From Tubiluchus corallicola (Eukaryota; Animalia; Priapulida): a DNA stretch of 64,000 nt. The translations under genes and the position numbers were made by a program. The DNA is taken from the NCBI GenBank assembly GCA_030141605.1, contig JAQGDQ010000008.1, forward strand, positions 1,426,001-1,490,000, given 5' to 3'. Under the pieces are notes generated by a model. It searched no databases. It was not told where the DNA came from and worked only from the letters and a program-made list of their open reading frames with translations. Shown here one piece after another: positions 1-10,890 of this stretch. How positions within the stretch are numbered: the first letter of the stretch is position 1; each line of letters begins with the position of its first letter.

Positions 1-97
1 TGGTCCTGGCAGCCGTTAAATGTTGCCTAGAAAAATGCCAATAATTGTTTCAGTGAGATTCTTTAGTTTACATTAATTGTTTCTTTTTATAATAAAG

Positions 98-194
98 GCT
101 TTAAAGTATCTTGGCCTTCACCCAACAGCAGACAAAAGAAAAGAATTGAATGAAAAACTTGTTGCCGATAAAGATGGCTGCATGAGATATGGAG
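98..194 (+). CDS. STXBP4: STXBP4-like exon (EF-hand-like region)
   Basis: aaag|GCTTTA ... GGAG|gtaatt; encodes ALKYLGLHPTADKRKELNEKLVADKDGCMRYG, ends phase 1. Confidence 0.8.
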
Positions 195-3100
195 GTAATT
201 GTATTTTGTAAATGTCTTTGTTTATTAACTGCTGTATTAACTTTTAGTGCATTTTTCCTATGTGAAAAACAAGTAGCTTATAAATGATTGTAGGAGTGTT
301 TATAATAAGTTACTGTCATTACCTTCCAATGTTTGCATACAGCAGAGTTTTCAATATGTTTTGGTTTCTGACTTTAAGTTATGGTATTTGTTATTATCAT
401 TATTTGCAGATGATTTAATTGAGCATTTTGCTCCTGTCGTTTTAATTAGTTTTTGTTTATGCAGATTTCGTAGCCGTAGTAAAAGATGTTTTTCACGAAG
501 ACTTGTGCTTCACTGCTCTCGACAATCTGTCCCTGTTTTCATCAGCTGCATCAAGTCATATTGTACAGCCTGATGCAACATATGCCTCTATTCAGGTACA
601 GTATATACTTTTGCATTTTTGTTTGATATGTCTTGTAGTTAAACATCTGTTTATAGGAAAACTGCAGCCAATCTTAAATTATAGGTTAAAACAATAGGGA
701 ACATACTATTTTTTTAAGAATGACTTACATTTAAGTATATCACATTAAATGTTGTATAGTAGCACTGCACCCCAATTTTCACTTTCACAAAGACATGCAA
801 CACACATGGAATGTTTGTGCAGTTGAAAATTATGTTCATTTGCGATATCATCGCTAGTTGGGCTCGCCCTCCGCTAATTAAGTTTTTAATCTACTATTTA
901 ATTATCAGAAATGCTTTAACTTTATCATAGGTCTTAAAATGTATTCTTCTTACGGTACTTCAAAATTGGGTAGGATATAAAAAATCGTTCTGTTTTCCTT
1001 TAACCTTGATTTTATATTTGAATTTGTTTCAGCAACCAGCAATGGTAAAAAGAGCTGATTACACAAAATTGCTAAGTAGCTATGAAGAAGCTATTAGAGA
1101 AATAGCAGAATTGAAAAAACAATTAAAAGAAAAAGAAGCAGCGTGTCTCCTGGCAGAACAAGAAAGATTGTGTATCACAACGGTACGTAATTATGTATGT
1201 TAGTTGTGCTTTCTACTGCATTAACTATTTGTATGCCACAATTAAAGTACAAGTAATCATCGATTTACGATCGCAATCGGTCCTGGCAAATTGCTCGTAA
1301 GACGAATTGGAAGTGAGTCGTACTCGTATAATCAGCGGTGCACCCTTATTCCCAAGACATGTGTATGCATATTAAGTATGGCTGCACCTACAGTGACTTT
1401 GTCGAAACGAATAGCATTTTAAAGTTAATTTTTTTAAGAAAAGTAGAACAAAATATGAGTTATAGTTGATTTTGTATAATTAATTAATTAAGTTGTGATC
1501 AGGTCGTAAAGTCAAACAGTCGTAAGTTACGTAGGTCGTAAGTCGACAACTACCTGTTTATTTACATAGATTGGTGCGTGAAACATTTTTTTCTGCTTGA
1601 TTACAGTCTAGCTTATAGACCTGTGTAAGTATATACTTGCACCTGTGTTGGCTGTTTTCAAAATTATAGTGTTTTCACATTTACATAATATAAAACGGTG
1701 TTTTAGATTGAAATTAATCGGAGGTTTATTTATCTGACTTACCTTTACATATAACATGGCTTCATTTTTGCTCCTGCTAATTTGTCATATTTGCACCGAA
1801 ACTAATTTATTGAGAAGTTGAGTTGCTGCATGCAAATTAAAGAGGTAAAGTAGACTTTTACTAACATGTGGCATATGATGGTGAATTTTATTTTGTTGTA
1901 CCTGTTGTTTGGCATTTTGTTGAAATTTGATTCCTTGTCGTTCTTATTCTTTGCTTTAAATCTTTTATTCTCAGCTAGTGTGCAATACTAGCTTTTACTC
2001 TCTTGCTGGTGTGCAATAGTCAGTAAATATGTTCTTATTTTTAAATATAGAGGCTTGTTTATATAGGCTCAAGTAATAGTTTCTCTACTGTAAGCTGATG
2101 CAACAATCCCACTAATAATTAACTATGTCTGTTCGACAATCTTATGTTACAACAAATCGCTGATAAGCAGAATTGTCGAGGTGTTTGATTCTGTGCTAAC
2201 TGATGTTTGTCGTCAAACTTGCAGAATGTACAAGAGGCAGTGGAGGAATCTCGAGCATTGCGTTGCCGAGTCCAGCAGACAGAAGCTGCAGTACAACAAG
2301 CTCGCCACGTAGAAAATGACTATGAACGTGTTGTGGCGTTGCTAGAAGCAGAAATCAAGAAGTTGAAAAGTAAAGTGCTAACAAAATCCACACAGGTAAA
2401 AATGTTGTTTCCCAGGCATTTGTTTGTGTTTTTTCTGCTTTGAGTTTTTTCTTGCAAATGGCAAAATGAAATTTACAGCAAAATTGCCATCTCATGAATA
2501 GGTTTTATTTTTTATTGTAATGACTGCAGTGTTTTGTTACTTTGTCATTAAGTAACTGTACTAACTTTGATGTAATAAGAATCTGTAGATTATTAACTCT
2601 AGAACATTGACTATAAAAATTGGCTATCGGCTATCAGTTGTCTCAATTGCCATTAGGAAATCATGTTAACGTATTTATACACTCAGCTAATGCAGCTTTT
2701 GAGCCACTGCTATTGCCATTTTGCTGTGCACTTGTAGTTGGATTTTTTTCTGTAATGATCACTCCTGAGATATTTGAAATATTGTTGTTTGCTAGCACCG
2801 AAATTGTGAACGAATTTATATTGCATTAGTTATTAATAGTTTCACATGAAGTACTTGGACAATTTTAGTATGAATATATGCTAGCACCAGCACGTATATT
2901 TAATAGGAACGAGTAGGACTTATTAAGCTTAAACCGCTTGCACAACTGTTAATCTTATTTTTCTAAACTTTAGAATGGCAGTTGTGACCAGGTTGTTGAG
3001 TGCGAGAACATTTTAAGCGAACTGTCTAAAGTGTTGAAAGATCTGAAGCAGATGCATTTTAGCAAGTCCGTCTACTTAACTGCCCTAGAAATTCTGCTGC

Positions 3101-4712
3101 AGTTTCTAGAGTATGTTTATCAAAAATTGTGTGACTTGAGACTAGATAAATGCTCAAAAGTCAGGTAGGTAGAAATTGTGCAGATTATTCATAGACTAGT
3201 GATTTAGTTGTATTGATGATGTTAGTACAGTTGGCCTTTTTATGGGCTTTTGGAAATAACCTTATCATATTCATTGAAATAACTTTTCAAAGAAACATGT
3301 ACACCAGGTGGAAAATAATAAAGGGAGCATGGCACTTTCTTTGCAAAATCTTGCTTGTATGTAGTATTACTAAAGTTAAACTATGTTTTAATGTCGCTAT
3401 TGCCATTTTGTGCACTTTCTTTAATTTCAGCTTGGCGTAATCATAGTAACGGCGTAATTTTTTTTATTATATACCAGTTTTGTAATTAATTCTGCAGTTC
3501 GTCAAAACATTGAGTGATGGAAAATAAGTTTGCTACTGTGTGAAACGTTGCCTATTGTGCAATAGAACACGGCAACAGTTGCCCTATGTACAGTACATGT
3601 TTCTAAAAAATTCTGCAATTTTGTCAAAACAAGGTCACATGATCATCAATATGACTTTTGTAGAATGCCAAATGTTAAGTTCAAGCCCAGCGGAAGGTGT
3701 AACTATATTCTGTTGATAATATATTACTTTCATTTGGAATTTTTAATGGTGTATACTAAAACAAGTAATGCCTAGTTTTTTTCAGACAACATTGCACTTA
3801 TGACCCCCTTGGGGTGGTCACCAGAACCATTATTGCCTTCAAATAGGCATTATTTGTATACTGTCTACTGCATACGAAACACTTTAGCTATTGTGAGATG
3901 GGGTGCACTTTTCAGTAAAACGTTCCACTTTAACAACAAATTCCTTGCAACTGGTCGATGTCAATGTACTTTGTCTTTATTTGTCTTTAAAGATCAAGTG
4001 CTTTCTTGTTGATTTCAAAAAAATCAGATAACACTATGACTGTTTAGTTTAGACGAAACTAACGTACAAACCTCTTGTACTCTTTATAAAATCAAGTTTT
4101 TTAGCAGCCACTTTTTATGTTGTCAACTGTGTACTAAAGTTTGTATTATGTAATAAGCAAATTTATGTTAATCAATATTCTTCTTTATGTCTTTTTAGTC
4201 AGATTTGCTATTACTGGTGAAAGATTTTTGATTGTGATTCATTTGTTTTTATTACTAAAAATAATCAAGAGTGTGTTTTTTATATAGATCACATATTGGT
4301 GATAGCAACACTACAGGAAGTGCACTATACAGGAATACAGTGAGCATGATTGCAAGTCAAGCCAGTGAGACAATAAAGCTTGTTGGTTCTGTTTTACAGA
4401 ACGAAAGTATGTAATGTGCTTTTATTATAATTTACAAGTTTCGTAGACTGATTAAAACAATTTAGATATTGACATTTTATTGTTAGGGAATAATACAGTA
4501 ACAAAAGTTTTATAAAGTTAAAAATTATTCATTGTTAGAAAGTCATTGTGAAAATTACACCAACTAAAGCTGTACTTTTAGTTTTTTTTGTTACAGATTT
4601 GCCAGTTTCATTGTCTAATTGTTTGGCGTTAATAACCAAAGAACAGTATGTACAACAGCAAAAGAACTTATCTACTGTACCCGAAGAGGCCAATACTGGA
4701 ATTGACGTTTGA
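98..4712 (+). CDS. STXBP4: Syntaxin-binding protein 4 (Synip)-like, 3' part (5' exons lie outside the window); 7 exons
   Basis: Phase-compatible GT-AG exons 98-194, 465-595, 1033-1182, 2225-2395, 2974-3164, 4288-4406, 4597-4712 (TGA). Translation ALKYLGLHPTADKRKELNEKLVADKDGCMRYGDFVAVVKDVF (EF-hand-like segment) and VEESRALRCRVQQTEAAVQQARHVENDYERVVALLEAEI (coiled coil) match the STXBP4 segments ALNYLGIQPT...ADSKGTVSFGDFVQV and VEETRALRSRIHLAEAAQRQAHGMEMDYEEVIRLLEA as I recall them. Confidence 0.8.
465..595 (+). CDS. STXBP4: STXBP4-like exon
   Basis: tgcag|ATTTC ... TTCAG|gtacag; DFVAVVKDVFHEDL...ASIQ. Confidence 0.75.
653..1003 (-). mobile_element. Kolobok-like non-autonomous DNA transposon, internally deleted copy
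   Basis: Shares core AGTTGGGCTCGCCCTCCG.TAATTAAG and terminus GTTTTCCT|TTAA with copies at 14548 and 21490. Confidence 0.65.
1033..1182 (+). CDS. STXBP4: STXBP4-like exon (coiled coil)
   Basis: ttcag|CAACCA ... ACG|gtacgt; 150 nt phase 0-0; YEEAIREIAELKKQLKEKE. Confidence 0.8.
1250..1556. mobile_element. pogo/Tigger-type (Tc1/mariner superfamily) MITE
   Basis: Imperfect TIRs TA|CAAGTAATCATCGATTTACGA ... TCGTAAGTCGACAACTACCTG, with internal GTCGTAA repeats. Confidence 0.55.
2225..2395 (+). CDS. STXBP4: STXBP4-like exon (coiled coil)
   Basis: tgcag|AATGTA ... CAG|gtaaaa; 171 nt phase 0-0. Confidence 0.85.
2974..3164 (+). CDS. STXBP4: STXBP4-like exon
   Basis: tttag|AATGGC ... CAG|gtaggt; open frame ...SKSVYLTALEILLQFLEYVYQKL... 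Confidence 0.75.
4288..4406 (+). CDS. STXBP4: STXBP4-like exon
   Basis: tatag|ATCACA ... GAAA|gtatgt; phase 2-1; ...IASQASETIKLVGSVLQNE. Confidence 0.7.
4597..4712 (+). CDS. STXBP4: STXBP4-like terminal coding exon
   Basis: Long T tract + acag|ATTTGCCA; NLPVSLSNCLALITKEQYVQQQKNLSTVPEEANTGIDV*; AATAAA at 4921. Confidence 0.65.
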
Positions 4713-5898
4713 CAGATTTACCATGCTCTGTACAAGGTTATATTGATGGTCATTAGTAGTTAGATTTTTTCTTACTTGAATGTAAAGTCGCTGTTTACAA
4801 GCACCTTGTTATAAAACATAATAAGCAATCATGGAAATCTTGAATTTTTGAGAAAGCACTTGATCATGCACAGGTTATTTTGTAAATACTAGATTTTTAC
4901 AGTGCTGGCTGTTTCCAATTAATAAACCGAGCAAACCTTGGGATAATGTTTGGCAGTTAATGCTGGTGTGCCTTTACCGAATGCTTGATAATGCAAATTA
5001 ATTTGATAATTACGGTTAAATCCATAATTGATAATTTCACTCACTTTGAATGTATTACTTTCCGATTTACAATTCAATATGTTCCTGTTTTCTTAATAAT
5101 GTACATGCCCTGTTAACTTATAACATGTCTAAGAATTGTCGTGAAACCGTCCAAAGATAATTGTTGTAAATAGCATTTACATCTAATTCTCTGCTTCCTC
5201 TGGACGAGGGGCTGCTTTTGGATTAATGTTTATACTTATGCTCATAGTAATTGGGTATGCACAATATTTTATTTTTATTATTCTTGTCTCAATATTTGTA
5301 TGGCCTCTCATTTAGAATATTACAAAATGAACTTATTATTCATGCTATTGCGTGGTAGTAGTTGAACTGCTTCATTCAGTCTTAGAAAGTTTACACTTAA
5401 TCTTATTGTAGACAGTATTATATTAGTACAGTCAATGTATTTTTATGGTTGTGTCCTGTAAGTGTATATACTTTATACCCTATAAGTGTATCCTATACAA
5501 CATTGATTTATTAGCTTTATGTAATTGTGTATTTTTATTATTTTTACTTTTTTTCAGTAGTATTATTATATTGTACATGTGCAGTTTACGATAATTTAAA
5601 TCTTTCGGCACTAGTGCCGATGTACCTAGGTAATGTATATTTTAGTTTAGCAAATGATTTTCATAGCATCACTCAAGCAGTGATATTTATACAGGCATTT
5701 TTGTAATTTTTGCTTGAAGAATTGACAGACTTATAATATTATTGCTAGTTTCCAATTACCAAAGCAGGAAAGTTACCAAAGCTCTTTTTCCTGTGTTTTT
5801 TTATCAGTGAATACTTTGCCAAAATGAACTATTATTGTTCATCCCTTTATCACTTGTCAGTGCATGTTTATTTTGCTTGTGACCATCTTCTGCATTCC

Positions 5899-6288
5899 GT
5901 TAACAATCAACATCACATCTTAATATCGACTCAGCTTTAGTGCCTGTGTTGCGTTTTGCCACTGGTTCATTATTTTACGCATGGCGTTAACAATCAACAT
6001 CACATCTTAATATCGACTCAGCTTTAGTGCCTGTGTTGCGTCTTGTCACTGATTCATTATTTTACTCAAGGCGTTAACAATCAACATCACATCTTAATAT
6101 CGACTCAGCTTTAGTGCCCGTGTTGCGTCTTGCTACACGTCTTAATATAGACTCAGTTTTAGTGCCCATGTTGCGTTTTGCCACTGATTCATTATTTTAC
6201 TCATGGCGTATCAACATCGCATCTTAATATCGACTCAGCTTTAGCGCCCATGTTGCGTCTTGCCATTGATTCATTATTTTACTCATGG
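5899..6288. repeat. Minisatellite, about 87-bp unit, about 4.5 copies
   Basis: GTTAACAATCAACATCACATCTTAATATCGACTCAGCTTTAGTGCC... recurs at 5899, 5986, 6073, then partial/deleted units. Confidence 0.9.
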
Positions 6289-7557
6289 TAGCTTAGTTTA
6301 TTAAGTATCAGAATTTTTTTGATATGATCGCCATAAAAAATATTTTGGCTGTGCTTTTGTGAGCATACTAGAAAAAAATCTTCAATATATGCATGTTTGC
6401 TATTATGTATATTTTGCTAGAATATGTTTCGATCACAGAAACGTTTAAGTGATCAAGATCTATTCTGCGCTGGTTTACCTTAATCTACTACTTATTTTGC
6501 ATCTGTCACCACATATAACATTGTCACAATTCGCTTTTCGTAAAGTTGGGACTGTCTGGTTCGATCTGACATTCTTGTAATACGGGTGTGTTAGTGTGTC
6601 ACAAAATTTTTTAACATCAACTTATGTAAAAATGGTTCTTGTTTTGATGCTAATTTAAAATTTTATTAATTACATATGTGAAGAAATGAAACAAGATCCC
6701 GTTTGTTAGTAAATTTTTTCTGTTGCATTTATTTGTGTGAAGCCATTTTTCTTATTAAACATATCAACAAAAATAACTGAAATGAAAACTAGTATCATTT
6801 CAAACTAGAAATTTTGTTTTCTGGATACAGATTGTTCATATAGCTTGCTGAAGTACAAGAATGAAAAGTTGATACAAGAATGTAGTAGTTCAACAGATAA
6901 CTAATTATGCATTGATAATGAACCTACCTGAATAATCATAGTTAATAACTATTGTAATGATTAGTAACTACTATAGGTGGCGTTGAATTATCGGTATAAT
7001 TTATAATCTTTATTATGGAATATGTTTAAGTCTTTAATTATGAGATTCAAAATTATTTCATGGTTTTTGATTCTTGAAGTTTAATTGTGTTAACCTCACA
7101 AAATAGTGGCTTCTACTAGCTGGTTTTGTAGAATATTAGTGGACATCAATGATGAAAATTTAAAGATAGTGTTTTAATATAGCAGTGAGGTAGAGAACTA
7201 CTTTTTAACAAAAAAAAACTTTGGGTAGTTGCAAATGATAAATTTCATATTTTAACGAACTAATTGCAATTTTACAAATGATGGAGTAGCATGTTCACGA
7301 TACCCAACAAGGATATACTAACGACTTTTTTTATATGATTTTTAAAGGTTTTCATTTGGATGAGTTGGCTAAATAGTAGGCTTTTCATTTCAGTTTCTGC
7401 TATTGCAAACTTTCTGATATGCATATTTTCGCTTTTTACAATAAAGTTCTGTACCGTACAAGTAATTGTAGAAAATAAAAGTATGATATTTGAAACTGCT
7501 AAACTACGATGCTTTAGTTACATAAAGTAATAATGTTAATGCTGCACCGTATTTTAC

Positions 7558-9252
7558 TTATCCCTTTGAATTTGTGCTTCGTTTTGCTTTCCGCACTAAA
7601 TCAGCTTTTTTGTGTTTGCAATAAAATCCCACGCACAGATCATATAACAACTCCATAAACTGCCACCCCGCGAGAATTGAAATGCCAACGTACACGCCGG
7701 CCAGCCCACCAATATCTGATCCAAAATCATTAAATGAGTAAGCATATTCTTCAACTGTCTCGTATCTCAAACCACTGGCAAAACGTACAGTCATCTGACT
7801 GATCAGCTGTTTGGGTTCGTGGAACGTGCGGTAACGATTGTTCTTGTCAAAGAGTAGCGTCCCATTGCTGGAAATATCATCTGGTCCGTCGTACAAGTGG
7901 AGATTGAAGTGTTCAATTATGGCTTCATCAAAAGTTGTATCTCTTTGAAAAATTCTGGATAAGTTGTACTCCTCTTCTTCGGTTATGTTGTTCAAGTGTA
8001 TGTATCGCATCAGAATACCATCAACGTCTATTGGATGGGCCTTCAGTCCACCAGTAACATACATTCTTGTATTGTACTGAGTTTGACTGCATGTCTGTGG
8101 ACAGTCACATGCAAACGAGTCTTGGTGGTTTTGATAGAATTCTAGACAAACGTCATTTGTAAGCATCTGATCAAACATTAGACACGGTTTGATGGTGCTT
8201 GTGTTATGTTCACTTCCTAAAGCAATGCTAATCAATCTGTCATTGATTGGAATGGTGGAGTCGGAACAGTTACATACCAACAGAGTTTTTTTCTGCTCAC
8301 ATGTTTTTCTGCAGCCGCTTGCCGTATAACTTTTTTCGTACATGTCCGCATAAATGTCGTAATGCAAGTTTTGCGCAGCCTCCGTTTCCGTTGTGTAGTT
8401 TACACAGGGACTTTTTGAAACATTTAGTCGAGTTATTGTATTTTCCTCCACAACGATTTCTACATGTGCATCAGCCGGTACCAAATCCATCATATCCTCG
8501 TCTGGCATGACTGAAGCATCGTGCAAGGTGATGTAGAATCCAGGCAGAACTGCATTCGTTAAGCGTGGAATGTAAACATTACTATGACTAGTCAGTTTGA
8601 CGAATTCTGATGAGATGGTTGGAAGGTAGTTATAGTAATCGCTCGGAGTGTACATTGTTAGTCCTATGCTGGCGTCACTAGTATTTGCTGCGTAGCGATT
8701 GGTTTCGTTATTGTTGAATATTAAGCAGTTGCCAAATTTGGCAGAAGTGTAGAGCTTGGCATATCCAATCTCTATCATGTTGGTCATTGTTCTTTCTCCA
8801 TTTTCGTTTGGTAGCTTAAATGCAAGGCTAGGACAGTGTGTTAGCTGCTGCTGTTTTTCTTCTGGTAGATCATATATTCCATCTATAATTGTTCTAATAT
8901 TCGAACAGTTGTAGACATCCTGGTCTGGATACATTTCCTGTAATTCCCTCAAATATGTCACGAATGGATAAAGTTTTATTGGATTAGCCATGCATATTGT
9001 AACAGCAGGGAAAATCTGAAAGTCTGTTGTAAAAACAGTTGTTTCTGTGATAATAGTTCTGTCAAGATACTTTATAAACTGTATGCTGCCTTGTGTAAGA
9101 AATCCAATCATGCATCCCAGAAACATAATGATCCAGATCAGTCGTCTTATGTTGCTTTTTGCTCTGTGTATGTCACCGATTCCATGCATAGAAGCAAACG
9201 ATGCAAAATTCCCTATAATGTCCTTTCCAAAGCCTTTGTTTTCCTCATCCAT
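7558..9252 (-). CDS. DEG/ENaC (ASIC/pickpocket/FaNaC superfamily) channel subunit, intron-free CDS, about 564 aa
   Basis: Uninterrupted ORF (track starts at TTG 9291; first ATG is 9252, MDEENK). Pre-TM1 HG motif (FASMHGIGDI), TM1 (RRLIWIIMFL...), FPAVTIC, FGNCLIFN, Cys-rich thumb (CRKTC..CNC..PC..C..CDCPQTC), TM2 SDIGGLAGVYVGISIL with G-x-S belt. Confidence 0.93.
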   Translation of the reverse strand: MDEENKGFGKDIIGNFASFASMHGIGDIHRAKSNIRRLIWIIMFLGCMIGFLTQGSIQFIKYLDRTIITETTVFTTDFQIFPAVTICMANPIKLYPFVTYLRELQEMYPDQDVYNCSNIRTIIDGIYDLPEEKQQQLTHCPSLAFKLPNENGERTMTNMIEIGYAKLYTSAKFGNCLIFNNNETNRYAANTSDASIGLTMYTPSDYYNYLPTISSEFVKLTSHSNVYIPRLTNAVLPGFYITLHDASVMPDEDMMDLVPADAHVEIVVEENTITRLNVSKSPCVNYTTETEAAQNLHYDIYADMYEKSYTASGCRKTCEQKKTLLVCNCSDSTIPINDRLISIALGSEHNTSTIKPCLMFDQMLTNDVCLEFYQNHQDSFACDCPQTCSQTQYNTRMYVTGGLKAHPIDVDGILMRYIHLNNITEEEEYNLSRIFQRDTTFDEAIIEHFNLHLYDGPDDISSNGTLLFDKNNRYRTFHEPKQLISQMTVRFASGLRYETVEEYAYSFNDFGSDIGGLAGVYVGISILAGWQFMELLYDLCVGFYCKHKKADLVRKAKRSTNSKG

Positions 9253-10219
9253 TTTGATCTCATAGTTTATCAAAATGTTCCACTTAAACAAAAGGGCGCC
9301 ATTCGGTTTCTCTGTACTTGTTGAAAGTCCTGGTTAAGCTTTACAACTACAAAGTAACATCCTGTATTTCCTGCCATTGTATGAAAACGCTGTCCTCGTC
9401 CAGCGCTGTCTTCCCGATGTTTTGTGACGGGTTGGTCAACAAACCTTTTATGTATTTAGTAATAACCATTAACTGGTGCAATCCATATCACGTTTCGGCA
9501 TTTTGTGGTGACAATTGTATAAACATTATTGCAATATTTCGATACTTTTACTCATGATCAAAAGTACCACTCTAATAATGATCGACCTTTTTATGTAAAA
9601 TGTTTATCTGTAGTCTCCAACCGTTTTTTGCAGGTCTTGTTGGCTTTTCGATCCACTGGCTAATGGGGTTTGCTTTATATTCTTTATGCTATGTACTACA
9701 TCATTACCGTGCTTTGTTTGCATGTTTTCTTGTTGTTATGGTACCACGTGCCATTAATATCCTGACATCTTGTTTGAATAGCTTGGCTAATGATTGGTTT
9801 TAATGCGAGTCCCTTTGACTATTGTTGCCTAGAAATTGACGATAATGTATAGTTATGATATTTACTATCATTGCAGGTTAACTTATAAATTAAATTAAAA
9901 TTAGGATAATTAAATCTTTGTTATTAAAAGAAATCTTTGTTATTGAAAGAAACCATTTATAAATTTTTAGTAACCCAGCATCACAATAGATACTTAATGT
10001 TGTAATTATCAGAAACTGATTCCGATGAACACATTGTTTTTATCCGTTTTGCTACGAGATTTCAGCATGAAATGCGTGGATATCGCAATTATCTATTTTT
10101 GGAGCATTTTCAATTTCAATTAATTCAGCCTGCAGTGAAAAGTTTATTTGGACCCCCGAAATCTCAGCTCTAAACTTTTTTCCCACACAAGTGGCCTGAA
10201 AGTTGCTATATTCTCTTAT

Positions 10220-10890
10220 TTAAAACATTACAGGATGGTTTTTCATATTCTACCCCGTTTTGAAATACGGTAAAAACTACTTTTTAGCACCTGTAGTAAT
10301 GCTAAAGCACAAAAGCTAATGCTAAAGTGTTTCTGACAATTAAACACTAAGTTAAAAATTAATTAATGGCGGACGAGCCCAACTAGTGATGACCTTATAA
10401 CTGAACAATTTTCAACCACACAAACATTCTATGAGAGTATTGTACGTGCTTACGAAAATTACTGTGCAGCGTTAGTGTGAGTGTTAGTACGAAAATTACT
10501 GTGAGTGTATATCACCCTCTGTTCAGTGTGATATACAGAAACTCGGTAAATTGTAAGTTTAAAACTCAAATTTCAAATTTACCGCTGTTCTCACGTATGA
10601 GCTTCTGAATTTGTGCACTACGTCACACCTGCACACCTCTGAACCGAGAGATATAGCACGTATTTTTGTGCAACACCTGTCTCCGAAATGTTGGCGCTTG
10701 TGCCCGTTTAACTAGCGAATGACGAAATGCGGCATGTAACACCGAAGAACTGGGTGCACGAATGCGAAATTACGCTTCTGTAGACATTTTTCTTTCACGT
10801 AAGTTACACTTAAAACATAGTATGTTCCCTTTCAATATTTTATAGAGCAGACGGTTTTGTCCTATAGTTTAAAACTGGGTCGAGCTTTAT
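10220..10890 (+). mobile_element. Kolobok-like non-autonomous element, diverged copy
   Basis: Same internal blocks (GGCGGACGAGCCCAACTAGTGATG; CAAATTTCAAATTTACCGCTG; AACTAGCGAATG) as other copies; termini eroded. Confidence 0.65.

Noticed and set aside
3786-3846. Acceptor-like ttttttcag at 3785 that would give an alternative STXBP4 terminal exon
   Set aside because: Gives only about 19 codons without recognisable similarity; no independent support
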